A model generated the notes under the pieces. The model saw only the letters and a list, made by a program, of their open reading frames with translations. It did not search any database and had not been told where the DNA came from. The translations under genes were made by a program, and so were the position numbers. Shown in pieces: positions 15,987 to 26,615 of a stretch of DNA of 39,727 nucleotides (positions within the stretch are counted from its first letter, which is position 1; each line of letters begins with the position of its first letter). Source of the stretch: a virus (Duplodnaviria > Caudoviricetes). Location of the stretch: IMG/VR virus record IMGVR_UViG_3300049844_000015, positions 1 to 39,727 of that record. The stretch is one strand, 5' to 3'.

Positions 15987-16232
15987 ATGGCAGTTATTTA
16001 CATGAAACACCCCATCCACGGCGCCAAAGTAGCGACCATGGAACTCGAAGCGATTGCGGACGAGAAAAACGGTTGGGTGCGATATACTCTGGAAACGCCT
16101 TCTGTTGAAGAAGTTGCGGCTCCTGCTCAGGAAGTCAAAAAACGCAGCCGCAAGGCAGCTGAACCCGAACAACCCGCAGTCGAAGAAGTGCCCAATTTTC
16201 TAGCACCCGCTGCTGAATCTACAGGAGCCTGA
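15987..16232 (+). CDS. Hypothetical protein, 81 aa
   Basis: TAAGGA SD; lies between the head and tail-hub genes. Confidence 0.7.
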   Translation: MAVIYMKHPIHGAKVATMELEAIADEKNGWVRYTLETPSVEEVAAPAQEVKKRSRKAAEPEQPAVEEVPNFLAPAAESTGA

Positions 16233-16233
16233 C

Positions 16234-16950
16234 ATGGCCACATACACCGCAGGGGATCAAATCAATCGAGCATTGCGATTGCTTGGGGTGTTGGCCGAAG
16301 GCGAAACACCGACATCCGCGATGTCGGAAGATGCTCTAGTTGCTCTGAACCAGATGATCGATTCGTGGAACACCGAACGACTCTCGGTGTTCTGCACTCA
16401 AGACCAAGTGTTCACTTGGCCATCTGGTGAGTACATCAGAACCCTTGGACCAACAGGCGACTTTGTTGGTAATCGTCCAGTGTTGCTTGATGACGCCACG
16501 TACTACCGCGATGCAGGCACAAACGTGTCTTACGGTATCAAGTTCATCAACCAACAGCAGTATGACGGCATCGCTGTCAAGACTGTCACGTCCACATACC
16601 CACAAGTGATCTTCGTGAACATGGGCTTTCCCGATGTCACGATGAGCATTTACCCACGTCCTACTCGTGATCTCGAGTGGCACTTCATCTCTGTGCAAGA
16701 GTTAAGTCAACCTGCCACACTGGTCACCGAGCTGCACTTCCCACCAGGTTACATGCGTGCGTTCACGTACAACTTGGCCATGGAGATCGCGCCTGAGTTC
16801 GGCGTGGAACCATCACCACAGGTGCAGCGCATCGCGATGACATCGAAGCGCAACCTCAAGCGCATCAACAACCCAGATGACGTGATGGCACTGCCTTACG
16901 CAATCGTGGCCACACGCCAACGCTTCAACATTTACGCTGGTAACTATTGA
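16234..16950 (+). CDS. Head-tail adaptor / DNA stabilisation protein (P22 gp4-like)
   Basis: ALRLLGVLAEGETP...LNQMIDSW...YNLAMEIAPEFG pattern. Confidence 0.75.
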   Translation: MATYTAGDQINRALRLLGVLAEGETPTSAMSEDALVALNQMIDSWNTERLSVFCTQDQVFTWPSGEYIRTLGPTGDFVGNRPVLLDDATYYRDAGTNVSYGIKFINQQQYDGIAVKTVTSTYPQVIFVNMGFPDVTMSIYPRPTRDLEWHFISVQELSQPATLVTELHFPPGYMRAFTYNLAMEIAPEFGVEPSPQVQRIAMTSKRNLKRINNPDDVMALPYAIVATRQRFNIYAGNY

Positions 16951-18392
16951 TGAAAACCCCTATTCTCGGATCTAGCTATGTGGCACGCAGCGTCAACGCT
17001 GCTGACAGCCGCATGGTCAATCTTTACCCTGAGATGGTCCCAGAGGCGGGTAAAGAACCAGCATTTTTGAATCGTTGCCCAGGTCTGCGCCGCAAGGCAT
17101 CGATTGGTACTGGCCCCATTCGTGGCCTGTGGAAAGTGAACGACATTGCTTATGCGGTGTCGGGCACAGGCTTTTACAAGGTGGAAACCTATGGTCGCAC
17201 GCGCCTCAAGGGCACTTTGATCGGCACTGTTACTGGCACTGGTCCAGTGTCCATGTCGGACAACGGCACTCAAATCTTCATCGCGTGCAACCCTGACGGT
17301 TTCATCTACAACACCGACACCGAAGTGTTTGCTGAGATCACCGATCCTGATTTTCCAGGCGCTGTGACCGTTGGCTACATTGACGGTTACTTCGTGTTCA
17401 ACGAGCCAAACAGCTCACGCTTTTGGGTGACTTCGTTGCTCGATGGTCTGTCTGTTGACCCGCTGGACTTTGCCAGCGCCGAGGGCGACCCTGACAAGTT
17501 GGTGTCACTCATTGTGGATCACCGCGAAGTTTGGTTGTTTGGTACAAACTCGACTGAGGTCTGGTATGACGCAGGTCTGCCAGATTTCCCATTGCAGCGC
17601 ATTCAAGGCGCTTTCAACGAGATTGGCTGTGCTGCCCCTTACTCGGTTGCCAAAGTGGACAACAGCGTGTTTTGGCTGGGTTCTGACGCCCGTGGTCGCG
17701 GTATCGTTTACCGCGCCAACGGTTACACCGGCGTGCGCGTGTCAACCCATGCCGTGGAGTGGCAGATCCAGCAGTACAGCGACATCTCTGACGCGCTGGC
17801 TTACAGCTACCAGCAAGACGGTCACATCTTCTACGTGCTCATTTTCCCAACGGCCAACACCACATGGGTCTATGACGCATCGACTCAGGTCTGGCATGAA
17901 CGCGCAGGCTGGTCAAACGGTGAGTTCACTCGTCATCGCTCTAACTGTCAAGTGGTCTACAACAACGAGATCCTCGTTGGCGACTACGAGAACGGCAACA
18001 TCTACGCATTCGACCTTGACGACTACTCGGACAACGGCGACATCCAGAAATGGCTGCGCTCGTGGCGTGCTCTCAAGACTGGCGAGAACAACCTGAAACG
18101 CTCGGCCCATCACACCTTGCAGATCGACTGCGAGACAGGTGTGGGCTTGAACGTGGGTCAGGGTAGCGATCCGCAGATGATGCTGCGTTGGTCCGACGAT
18201 GGTGGTCACACTTGGTCAAATGAACATTGGGTGTCCATGGGTAAGGTGGGTGAGTATTACCGCCGCGCCATCTTCCGACGACTCGGCATGACCTTGAAAA
18301 TTCGCGACCGTGTTTACGAAATCTCAGGTACTGACCCCGTGAAGATTGCTATCATGGGTGCGGAACTGTACGCCACACCGACCAATGCCTGA
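16947..18392 (+). CDS. Packaged-DNA stabilisation / tail hub protein (P22 gp10-like)
   Basis: 481 aa beta-rich; FASAEGDPD, TWVYD...WHER, LRWSDDGG.TW motifs. Confidence 0.85.
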   Translation: MMKTPILGSSYVARSVNAADSRMVNLYPEMVPEAGKEPAFLNRCPGLRRKASIGTGPIRGLWKVNDIAYAVSGTGFYKVETYGRTRLKGTLIGTVTGTGPVSMSDNGTQIFIACNPDGFIYNTDTEVFAEITDPDFPGAVTVGYIDGYFVFNEPNSSRFWVTSLLDGLSVDPLDFASAEGDPDKLVSLIVDHREVWLFGTNSTEVWYDAGLPDFPLQRIQGAFNEIGCAAPYSVAKVDNSVFWLGSDARGRGIVYRANGYTGVRVSTHAVEWQIQQYSDISDALAYSYQQDGHIFYVLIFPTANTTWVYDASTQVWHERAGWSNGEFTRHRSNCQVVYNNEILVGDYENGNIYAFDLDDYSDNGDIQKWLRSWRALKTGENNLKRSAHHTLQIDCETGVGLNVGQGSDPQMMLRWSDDGGHTWSNEHWVSMGKVGEYYRRAIFRRLGMTLKIRDRVYEISGTDPVKIAIMGAELYATPTNA

Positions 18393-20400
18393 AGCTCAAC
18401 AAAACGTCACCAATATCCCGTCCAATCGAGTCGAGCTGATCGACTCGCGCACGGGCTTGATGTCGCGTGAGTGGTATCGCTTTTTCCTGAATTTGTTTGC
18501 CCTGACAGGTTCAGGCGGCAACCAAGTTTCCTTGGACGACCTACAAGTGGGTCCACCTCCTCAGCCCGTCACCGAAGGTGGTGGCGGTGGTGGCTCGGGC
18601 ACTGTGACATCGGTAAACGTGTCTGGCGGTACAACTGGTCTCACCACATCGGGAGGTCCAGTTACCACCAGCGGCACGATCACCATGGCCGGCACACTCA
18701 ACGTGGCCAACGGTGGCACTGGCGCTACAAACGCAACCGATGCCCGTACAAACTTGAGCGCAGCGCAATCCGGCGCCAACGCTGACATCACCAGTATGAC
18801 AGGCGTCACTGGTGGCATTTCTACCCCAGACTACATTGACTTTGACACCGCTGCCACAGTGACCCGTGCATCTGGGCGCTTGTGGTGGGACAACGCTGAC
18901 GGCATTCAAACCCTGAACCTTGGTATGGCTGGCTCAAACGCCACGATGCAGGTGGGTCAGGAAAGCTACTACCGCATCAAAGCATCCTCGGCCATCACCG
19001 AGGGTCAAGTCGTCATGTTCACGGGCACTGTGGGTGCATCTGGTGCTCTGCAAGGTGCTCCCGCAACCGGCTTGACCGCTGCCACTGCGCAATATGTGAT
19101 GGGTGTGGCTACTGAAAACATCGCCCTCAACGGCTGGGGTTACGTGACCGAGTTTGGCCTTGTGCGCGGCATCGACACCTCGGGCGGCGCTGAGGCTTGG
19201 GTTGACGGCCAGATCTTGTACTACGACCCATCAGTCACCGGTGGTCTGACCAAAACGCTGCCATCTGCACCCAACGCCAAGGTAGTCGTGGCTGCCGTGG
19301 TCTATGCCAGCGCCAGCAACGGTTCGCTGTTCATTCGCCCATCGTTCGGTGGTGAGTTGGGTCAGTACGAAGGCAACGTGGGCTTCAGCGCACTGTCCAA
19401 TGGCGACCTGATCCAATACAACTCAGGCTCAGGTAAGTGGACCAACGTGGCCACGATCCCCAACTCGAACCTGACTTACAGCTCCATTACGATCAACGGA
19501 ACCTCTGTCAGCTTGGGTGGCTCTGCAACCATCACCGCAGCAGCACCGAACGCGCTGACCATTGGCACAGGGTTGACCGGTACGAGCTACAACGGCTCAA
19601 CCCCTGTCACCATCACGATTGATAGCACGGTAGCCACGCTCACAGGTTCTCAGACGCTGACAAACAAGACGATCAGCGGGTCATCCAACACCCTGAGCAA
19701 CATTGCCAACTCGTCGTTGACTTACAGCTCTATCACCATCAACGGCACACCTGTGAGCCTCGGTGGTTCGATCAGCGTGGGCACAGTGACCTCCGTGGGT
19801 GGTACAGGCACAGTCAGTGGTCTGACTTTGACTGGAACCGTGACGAGTTCAGGCAACCTGACCCTTGGCGGCACGCTGGTCGTGACCCCATCGGATTTCG
19901 CATCCCAGACCGCCAACACCTTCTTGGCCGCACCCAATGGTTCTGCTGGTGTTCCATCATTCCGCGCAATCGTGGCGGCAGATGTGCCCACCTTGAATCA
20001 AAACACCACGGGTACGGCTGCTGGACTGTCGGCTACGCTGACCATTGCGTCCGGTGGTACAGGTCAAACAACTGCGACTGCGGCCTTTGACGCACTGGCT
20101 CCCACGACCACCAAGGGCGACCTGATCGTCAGCAACGGCACAGACAATGTGCGTCTGGGCGTGGGCACTGACGCCTATGTCCTGACCGCAGACTCTGCCT
20201 CGGCAACAGGTGTCAAGTGGGCCGCTGCTTCTGGTGGTAGTAGTAACATCACGGCACAGGGAATGTGGGAGAATGCACTCACAATCTCATCCAACTACAC
20301 GATCATGTCAGGCAATAGCGCGATGTCAGCAGGACCAATCACGATTGCCTCGGGCGTCACGGTGACAGTGCCATCGGGTTCACGTTGGGTTGTTGTCTAA
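18385..20400 (+). CDS. Tail fibre-like protein, about 671 aa
   Basis: G/T/S-rich; GTVTSV and NGGTGAT repeats; duplicated YSSITINGT.VSLGGS; likely start is the ATG at 18385. Confidence 0.8.
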   Translation: MPEAQQNVTNIPSNRVELIDSRTGLMSREWYRFFLNLFALTGSGGNQVSLDDLQVGPPPQPVTEGGGGGGSGTVTSVNVSGGTTGLTTSGGPVTTSGTITMAGTLNVANGGTGATNATDARTNLSAAQSGANADITSMTGVTGGISTPDYIDFDTAATVTRASGRLWWDNADGIQTLNLGMAGSNATMQVGQESYYRIKASSAITEGQVVMFTGTVGASGALQGAPATGLTAATAQYVMGVATENIALNGWGYVTEFGLVRGIDTSGGAEAWVDGQILYYDPSVTGGLTKTLPSAPNAKVVVAAVVYASASNGSLFIRPSFGGELGQYEGNVGFSALSNGDLIQYNSGSGKWTNVATIPNSNLTYSSITINGTSVSLGGSATITAAAPNALTIGTGLTGTSYNGSTPVTITIDSTVATLTGSQTLTNKTISGSSNTLSNIANSSLTYSSITINGTPVSLGGSISVGTVTSVGGTGTVSGLTLTGTVTSSGNLTLGGTLVVTPSDFASQTANTFLAAPNGSAGVPSFRAIVAADVPTLNQNTTGTAAGLSATLTIASGGTGQTTATAAFDALAPTTTKGDLIVSNGTDNVRLGVGTDAYVLTADSASATGVKWAAASGGSSNITAQGMWENALTISSNYTIMSGNSAMSAGPITIASGVTVTVPSGSRWVVV

Positions 20401-20409
20401 GGATTCATC

Positions 20410-20751
20410 ATGACCGTCACAGCCAAAAACCTCGTACCTGCCAAGTTTGTGGAAGACTCACAAACCACGCAGTACACCGTGTCCAGCAACATCACGGCCA
20501 CAATCATCGACAAGTTCACCTGCACCAACATCAGTGGCTCCACAGCCACCGTGAGCGTCAACATCGTCACGGGGTCTGATACTGCGGGTGACCGCAACCT
20601 GATTACCAAGGAAAAGTCCTTGGCTGCTGGTGAGGTCTACACTTTCCCTGAGCTGGTGGGACAGATCATGCAGAACCAGTCGTTCATTTCAGCCATTGCC
20701 AGTGCGGCAGATTCGATCAACATTCGGGTGTCTGGACGTGAAATTAGCTGA
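20410..20751 (+). CDS. Hypothetical tail-associated protein, 113 aa
   Basis: TAAGGA SD; beta-rich. Confidence 0.7.
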   Translation: MTVTAKNLVPAKFVEDSQTTQYTVSSNITATIIDKFTCTNISGSTATVSVNIVTGSDTAGDRNLITKEKSLAAGEVYTFPELVGQIMQNQSFISAIASAADSINIRVSGREIS

Positions 20752-21103
20752 TGATGTCTGGCAAGTCATCAAAGACTACATACGCGAGAGGCGTGGGGTC
20801 GAGGTGCCAGATGAGGCTCGGGAGTGGTCGGAACAGAATTTAGACATCACACCGTTTGACGGTGGCGCGTTCATAGCGCATGGCAACGAATTCGATTTGT
20901 TTGTCGTGCCTGAGAAACGTGGTAAGTGGCGAATCAGGAGCGAGATCACAAAATATCTCGACACTTTGGGAAAGGCTCACGGTACAATCATTGTCAAGAT
21001 TTATCAGGACAATCGTGCATCGTTGAGATTGGCGCATTTTTTTGGATTTGTTGAAGTCAGTCGTGACAACGACATAATTCGATTGGAGAAACGATATGGG
21101 TGA
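20738..21103 (+). CDS. GNAT-fold acetyltransferase-like protein
   Basis: VVPEKRGKW (motif A-like) and NRASLRLAHFFGF (motif B-like); GTG start inferred. Confidence 0.6.
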   Translation: MKLADDVWQVIKDYIRERRGVEVPDEAREWSEQNLDITPFDGGAFIAHGNEFDLFVVPEKRGKWRIRSEITKYLDTLGKAHGTIIVKIYQDNRASLRLAHFFGFVEVSRDNDIIRLEKRYG

Positions 21104-21800
21104 CGTAGTCAATTCAGTAGCAGACGTATTTGGATTTGGTCCTGCTAGTAAACAGGCAGATGCTGTCACGGAAGCGGCGCAAATTGGTGCTGGTGCTTCT
21201 GCTGCTGCCAGTGCGGCGCAGGAGCGCATGTTCAACCGACAAGTTGAACTGCAAGAACCATGGCGCAAGGCTGGTGAACAGGCACTCAACAAACTGATCC
21301 CGTTGACGGATTACACCAAATTCGGGATGAACCAATTTCAGGCTGATCCTGGCTACGCATTCCGATTGTCCGAAGGTCAAAAAGCACTTGAACGATCCGC
21401 TGCTGCTCGTGGTGGTTTGATCTCGGGATCAGCGCTCAAAGCTGCTACTCGATACGGTCAAGACATGGGTTCTCAGGAATACCAAAACGCATTCAACCGC
21501 TATCAAACTGAACGTGCTGCTCAACTGAACCCGTTGCAATCTCTTGCCGGTGTGGGTCAAACTGCAACAAACGCACTTACGAATGCAGCAGGAACCTACG
21601 GAACCAACATGGGTAACTTAGCTCTTGGTGCTGGTGCTACTGCGGGTAATGCAGCAATTGCTCAAGGTAACATCCGAGCCAGCCAATACGGCACGATGGG
21701 TAGCGCGGCTAATACGCTGTGGAACAATCGACAAGCCATCAGTGACTGGTGGAATACACCTAGTCAGAATTCTGGCGGCTATGAGAACTTGGAGTTTTAA
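21096..21800 (+). CDS. DNA ejection/internal virion protein (gp7-like position)
   Basis: A/G/Q-rich; DPGYAFRLSEGQKALERSAAARGGL motif. Confidence 0.75.
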   Translation: MGDVVNSVADVFGFGPASKQADAVTEAAQIGAGASAAASAAQERMFNRQVELQEPWRKAGEQALNKLIPLTDYTKFGMNQFQADPGYAFRLSEGQKALERSAAARGGLISGSALKAATRYGQDMGSQEYQNAFNRYQTERAAQLNPLQSLAGVGQTATNALTNAAGTYGTNMGNLALGAGATAGNAAIAQGNIRASQYGTMGSAANTLWNNRQAISDWWNTPSQNSGGYENLEF

Positions 21801-21802
21801 TC

Positions 21803-23035
21803 ATGGCTACATCTCTCATTGATTTCAACGCGCTGCGCCCCAACGCAGCCATGGAAGCCTACCAACAAGGCCAGCAGAACCAGCTCGCCCAGATGCAGTT
21901 GAGTCAACAGCAGCAAGCAATTCGTGATGCTGAGGCTGAACGTGAGGCTTGGAAAGGTGCGTCAAACTACGCACAAGTCCAGCAACGATTGATGGGTCAA
22001 GGTTTAGGTAAACAGGCTTTGGCTGTCGGCGCTGCGGAAGCTAAACAGCGTGCTGACAAGATTGCGCTGCTCAAGGACACAACAGCGTTGATGAAAGCCA
22101 CTGCAACTCGCATCATGGCGAACCCTGAAAACGCAGCACAGGAACTGGCAGCTTTTGGTCAGCAAACCGGCACCGATGTATCTCGTGAACTGGCCCAAGT
22201 TCAAGCGATGGGTGGCAACCTTGATGCGATCAAGCAGTTTGCAGCGGGTCATGCACTCGAGGCTGACAAACTGTTGCCCAAGTTCCAACACCTCGACACC
22301 GGTGGTGCTATTCAGATGGGCACTGTGAATCCTGTGACGGGTGCATTTATTCCTGGCCAAGCTGTCAGAAAGACAATGACCCCTGGTGAAGCTGGTGGTG
22401 CTTACAAATCAACAATCAGTGTCAACACACAGTTGCCTGCAAGCGAAGAAGCTCAACGTAAGTTCATGGATGAAACACGTCAAACTTACAGCAGCCTTAA
22501 GCACGCACCCGTGGCATTACAAAACATTGAGAAAGCCAAAGCATTGATTCCTGGAGCCAAAGGGTTTATGGGTCAAGGCGGCGAGCCTCTGCTTGCTACA
22601 GCAAGTTTCCTCAACAATCGTCTTGGTACAAATATCGACACGAAAGGTGTCACGGATGCTCAAGAACTGCGTTCACGATTGTTCATGGGTATTCTTGACA
22701 ACTTGAAGAAATTGGACTCTCAACCATCTGCTCAACAACAAGCAGCTTTGCAAGAAGCCTTGGGTAGCATTGGTACAGATCCAAAAGCTCTCCCTCGAGT
22801 GCTTGATGCGTTCGGTGAGTCGATTCGCACTAAGGTCGATTTACATAATCAGGAAGTCACAAGCGCCGAAGGTCGTGGCGTCAAATTCCCGTATGATGCG
22901 AAAATCAAGCTGCCAGAAGCTGCTAAACCTGCCGCATCTAAACCAAGTGCTGTAATGACTCCTGCTCCTGCCGGTGTAGACGCAGCTCTTTGGAATGTGA
23001 TGACACCCGAGGAGCGCAAATTATGGGTGAAATGA
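21803..23035 (+). CDS. DNA ejection/internal virion protein (gp20-like position)
   Basis: 410 aa, helical, A/Q-rich; synteny. Confidence 0.6.
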   Translation: MATSLIDFNALRPNAAMEAYQQGQQNQLAQMQLSQQQQAIRDAEAEREAWKGASNYAQVQQRLMGQGLGKQALAVGAAEAKQRADKIALLKDTTALMKATATRIMANPENAAQELAAFGQQTGTDVSRELAQVQAMGGNLDAIKQFAAGHALEADKLLPKFQHLDTGGAIQMGTVNPVTGAFIPGQAVRKTMTPGEAGGAYKSTISVNTQLPASEEAQRKFMDETRQTYSSLKHAPVALQNIEKAKALIPGAKGFMGQGGEPLLATASFLNNRLGTNIDTKGVTDAQELRSRLFMGILDNLKKLDSQPSAQQQAALQEALGSIGTDPKALPRVLDAFGESIRTKVDLHNQEVTSAEGRGVKFPYDAKIKLPEAAKPAASKPSAVMTPAPAGVDAALWNVMTPEERKLWVK

Positions 23036-25011
23036 CCCGTGAACAACAGCAAGCACTAGCTCTAGCTAGTGCCAGATTGCGACTACAGCAAGAATCCGCT
23101 GCGTCTACCAATGCTACTGGTCTTGAGCAGCCTGTTCAAGCACCAACTCGTAGCTGGGGTGATGTACCAGGTGAAGCACTTGGTAATGTAATCCCAAGCG
23201 CCAAGCGTTTCGCTGGCGGCGTAGTTGAGGCTGTCACAAGTCCTGTTCAAACTGCCAAGACATTATTCCAAACTGCTGGCGGTGCTGTTGTTGGAGCACT
23301 TCCTCAAAGCGCCCAAGATTGGCTAATCAGTGTTGCCAACAACCCTGAAACAGTCCGTCAATCAATCGAGATGGCCAATCAAGTCGGCGGCTTCTACAAG
23401 GACCGATACGGTAGTCTTGAGGGGTTGAAAAACACACTGGCTACGGATCCTGTGGGTGCGGCAGCAGATCTTTCCACGCTGCTCTCAGGCGGTGCTGCTG
23501 CCACATCTCGTGTTGCTCCCGCTGCATCAAATGCGCTGTCAACGGCCGCTCGTTTGACCAACCCAATGACGCCAATTGTTGCTGCTGCCGAGTTGCCCGT
23601 TAAGGCTCTTGCACGTACTGCACAAGCTGGTTACAACGCCATGTCGCCAAAATCAAAAGCGTACATGACTGCCGTTGAGGGTAAAGGTCAAGAGATTGTC
23701 AACGCACTGCGTTCACCGAATGTTGAGATCGTGCCTGGCTCACAACCAACGGCAGCACAAGCTGCTATGCCTGCTGGATCAACACGATTTGCGGCTCTTG
23801 GTCAACAAGCTGCTGAGAAATTGTCTACACCGCATCTTGCCCGTCAGACTGCTCAAAAAGAAGCCCAGTTGGATGCAATTCGTAGTGTCGGTAAAACCGC
23901 AGACGACATCAAACTTGCCGAAGCATCCCGTGCTGCGGAAACAAACCCCTTGTATCAAATCGCTGACAAGGCGGTGGTTGCCACAGACAAAACATTTGAC
24001 GCACTGACTCAGCGCCCATCCATGGACAAGGTGCTTGCACGTGCTGCTCAACTTGCTGAGGAAAAAGGCCAACCTTTCATGATTGGTGAGAATCGTGCTG
24101 CTCAGACAGTACCTTCCCCGATTCTTGACGCCAGTGGTAAGCCGATTGGGTTTACCACAACTCCGGCTGAGGTTGCACAGTTCCCTGGCACTAGCTTGCA
24201 CTACATGAAGCTGGCGTTCGATGACTTGGTTCACGACCCTGCTACCTTTGGCATCGGTAAAAACGAGGCCGGTGCAATTGCCAAAACTCGTGGTGACTTC
24301 CTCAACTGGGTAGACACCAAGATCCCTGAATACGGTCAAGCCCGTGAGCTGTTTGCTTCTGGTAGCAAGCCCATCAATCAAATGCAGGTGGGTCAATTCC
24401 TCGAAGGTAAACTGGTTCCTGCTCTTGGTGAAGAAACTGGCAAACTACGTGCTGCTGCGTTTGCCGGTGCTGTTGAAAACGCACCTGCAACTATCAAAAA
24501 AGCAGTTACAGGTGCGCCACGATATGACAGTCTTGCTCAAATCATGACACCTGAACAAATGGCTGTGATTGATGGAGTCAAGGCAGATTTGTCACGAATC
24601 GCAGAAACAGAATATGCCGCACGAATGGGTGCGAAATCTGGCCCCAATTTGCTGAAGTCTGCTACAGAAGCATGGTCAGGGGTGCAAGCTCCAAACCTCA
24701 TCAACCAAGTCACCACGGTCGCCAATGAGATCATCCGTCGATTGAAGGGTGGAGTTAACGAAAAAGTGGCGATTGAAATTGCAACTGAGATGCTGGATCC
24801 CAAAGCAGCGGCTGCTTCTATCGAAAAAGCAATGGCACGTCAAGCCCGAGGTGACAGAATGTTTGACCCATTCAAGAAACCAAGCATCAGCCCTGAGAAA
24901 ACCCGCAACATTGGGGTTGCGACCGAAGGGATCAACAATGCTTTGTCGCCTGAGCAACGAGAACGAAACTCACTGCGTATAGAATTACGTGGCATGGCCA
25001 ATAAGGAATAA
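23023..25011 (+). CDS. Large DNA ejection/internal virion protein (gp16-like position)
   Basis: Ala-rich, helical, about 662 aa; GGAG SD before the ATG at 23023. Confidence 0.6.
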   Translation: MGEMTREQQQALALASARLRLQQESAASTNATGLEQPVQAPTRSWGDVPGEALGNVIPSAKRFAGGVVEAVTSPVQTAKTLFQTAGGAVVGALPQSAQDWLISVANNPETVRQSIEMANQVGGFYKDRYGSLEGLKNTLATDPVGAAADLSTLLSGGAAATSRVAPAASNALSTAARLTNPMTPIVAAAELPVKALARTAQAGYNAMSPKSKAYMTAVEGKGQEIVNALRSPNVEIVPGSQPTAAQAAMPAGSTRFAALGQQAAEKLSTPHLARQTAQKEAQLDAIRSVGKTADDIKLAEASRAAETNPLYQIADKAVVATDKTFDALTQRPSMDKVLARAAQLAEEKGQPFMIGENRAAQTVPSPILDASGKPIGFTTTPAEVAQFPGTSLHYMKLAFDDLVHDPATFGIGKNEAGAIAKTRGDFLNWVDTKIPEYGQARELFASGSKPINQMQVGQFLEGKLVPALGEETGKLRAAAFAGAVENAPATIKKAVTGAPRYDSLAQIMTPEQMAVIDGVKADLSRIAETEYAARMGAKSGPNLLKSATEAWSGVQAPNLINQVTTVANEIIRRLKGGVNEKVAIEIATEMLDPKAAAASIEKAMARQARGDRMFDPFKKPSISPEKTRNIGVATEGINNALSPEQRERNSLRIELRGMANKE

Positions 25012-25013
25012 AG

Positions 25014-25766
25014 ATGGCATCACTATCACCCACCCCCAAGCTACAGTTCTTCGGGACTGATGGTTTGCCACTCGTCGGTGGCAAGCTGTACACCTATGCG
25101 GCAGGCACAACGACTCCGCTGGCCAGCTACACCGACCACACAGCGAACACGCAAAACACGAACCCTGTGATCTTGGACTCCAACGGTGAAGCCGATGTGT
25201 GGCTTCCCGAATCAACGAGCTACAAGTACATCCTGAAGGATGCAGACGATGTCACCCTGTACACGGTTGACTACGTCTCTGTGCCAGTGACTACAAACTC
25301 ATTTGCGAGTCCTCCAGCCATCGGCACAGGTACGCCAAACTCTGCCACGTTCACGACTTTGAACGTCACGGGTGCTGCGATCTTCGAGAGTACTGCTGAC
25401 TTCACCGAAGACACCACGTTTGATGCTGATGTTGAGATCGCTGGCCGATTGACCCTCACAGGTACAGGCGCTGCCAAGCTCAACGTGGGCACGACTGCCC
25501 AGCGCCCCGTGTCTCCTGTGGACGGCGACATTCGCTACAACAGCGATTTGTCTCGATACGAAGGCTACAGTGGTACTGAATGGGGTCAGTTGGGTGGTGG
25601 CGCCACTGGTGGTGGTGCTGATCAGATCTTCGTGTTGAACGGTCAAACGGTCACAACCGACTACACTATCCCCACAGGCTTCAACGCCAGCTCAGTCGGC
25701 CCGATCTCGATCGATGACGGTATCACGGTAACCATTCCTGACGGCAGCGTCTGGGCAATTCTCTAA
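25014..25766 (+). CDS. Tail spike/fibre protein with a head-binding-like N-terminal domain
   Basis: GLPLVGGKLYTYAAGTTTP...NTNPVILDSNGEA N-terminal motif; GTTAQRP..GDIRYN..EGY repeat. Confidence 0.75.
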   Translation: MASLSPTPKLQFFGTDGLPLVGGKLYTYAAGTTTPLASYTDHTANTQNTNPVILDSNGEADVWLPESTSYKYILKDADDVTLYTVDYVSVPVTTNSFASPPAIGTGTPNSATFTTLNVTGAAIFESTADFTEDTTFDADVEIAGRLTLTGTGAAKLNVGTTAQRPVSPVDGDIRYNSDLSRYEGYSGTEWGQLGGGATGGGADQIFVLNGQTVTTDYTIPTGFNASSVGPISIDDGITVTIPDGSVWAIL

Positions 25767-25775
25767 GGAAGCGAT

Positions 25776-26186
25776 ATGGCATACGGAACAACAAACGTAG
25801 ACACCATTCAGTCGAGTACGGCTAACACACCTGTTGTCTTCAAAGACGGTAACGGTACTCAAATTGGTACGCTGTGTCGTGCTTGGGTCAACTTCAACGG
25901 TACAGGTACTGTTGCTATTCGTGCATCGTTTAACGTGTCTAGCATCACAGATAACGGTACAGGTAATTACAACGTAAATTTCACAACTGCGATGCCCGAT
26001 GCGGATTACGCTGCATTTGTAACTTGTAAACCTGTTGACACAGGTGGTTCAATATCAATGGGAAACCTTGGTTATTATGGGTCAGCAACCAGTCCGATGA
26101 GTACAACAAGTGTTCGTGTAATGTCACAGGCCGCTAGTGCTGGTGTTGCAGACACTGCGTATATGTGTGTCTCAGTATTCCGTTAA
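25776..26186 (+). CDS. Small tail-fibre tip-like protein A
   Basis: RAWVNFNGTGTVAIRASFNVSSITDNGTG.Y..NF motif. Confidence 0.7.
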   Translation: MAYGTTNVDTIQSSTANTPVVFKDGNGTQIGTLCRAWVNFNGTGTVAIRASFNVSSITDNGTGNYNVNFTTAMPDADYAAFVTCKPVDTGGSISMGNLGYYGSATSPMSTTSVRVMSQAASAGVADTAYMCVSVFR

Positions 26187-26201
26187 TCAAGGGGAAATAA
26201 A

Positions 26202-26594
26202 TTGACAACCACAATCAACGCATCTCCTACAAACGGCATTGTCCAGACCGCTGATGGCTCTGGAGTGATGAAACTTCAATCTAACGGCGTGACCACCAAT
26301 GCTTTGGCTTGGGTGAACTTTAACGGCACAGGTACAGTAGCTATCCGTTCAAGCTACAACGTCAGCTCGATTACTGATAACGGTACTGGTGACTACACAA
26401 TTAACTTTGCTACTGCGCTCAGTGATGCTAATTATGCTCCTGCTTTTGCTGTGAGGACAAGTGGCACAGGTAACTGGATTCAACTGATAGCCAACAGCAC
26501 AGCTCCCACAACCACAGCATTACGGATTCTTGTTGGCAATGGAGTAGCTTTAGCAGATCCTGATTACTCCTGCGTAACAATCTTCGGAAACTAA
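26202..26594 (+). CDS. Small tail-fibre tip-like protein B (paralog of A)
   Basis: AWVNFNGTGTVAIRSSYNVSSITDNGTGDY; TTG start with AAGGGG SD. Confidence 0.7.
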   Translation: MTTTINASPTNGIVQTADGSGVMKLQSNGVTTNALAWVNFNGTGTVAIRSSYNVSSITDNGTGDYTINFATALSDANYAPAFAVRTSGTGNWIQLIANSTAPTTTALRILVGNGVALADPDYSCVTIFGN

Positions 26595-26615
26595 TTTTTA
26601 ATAGGAATCACAATC

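Noticed and set aside
25870-26440. Diversity-generating retroelement TR/VR pair
   Set aside because: No reverse transcriptase is present. The differences between the two copies are mostly synonymous third-position changes, not adenine-specific, so these are ordinary paralogs.
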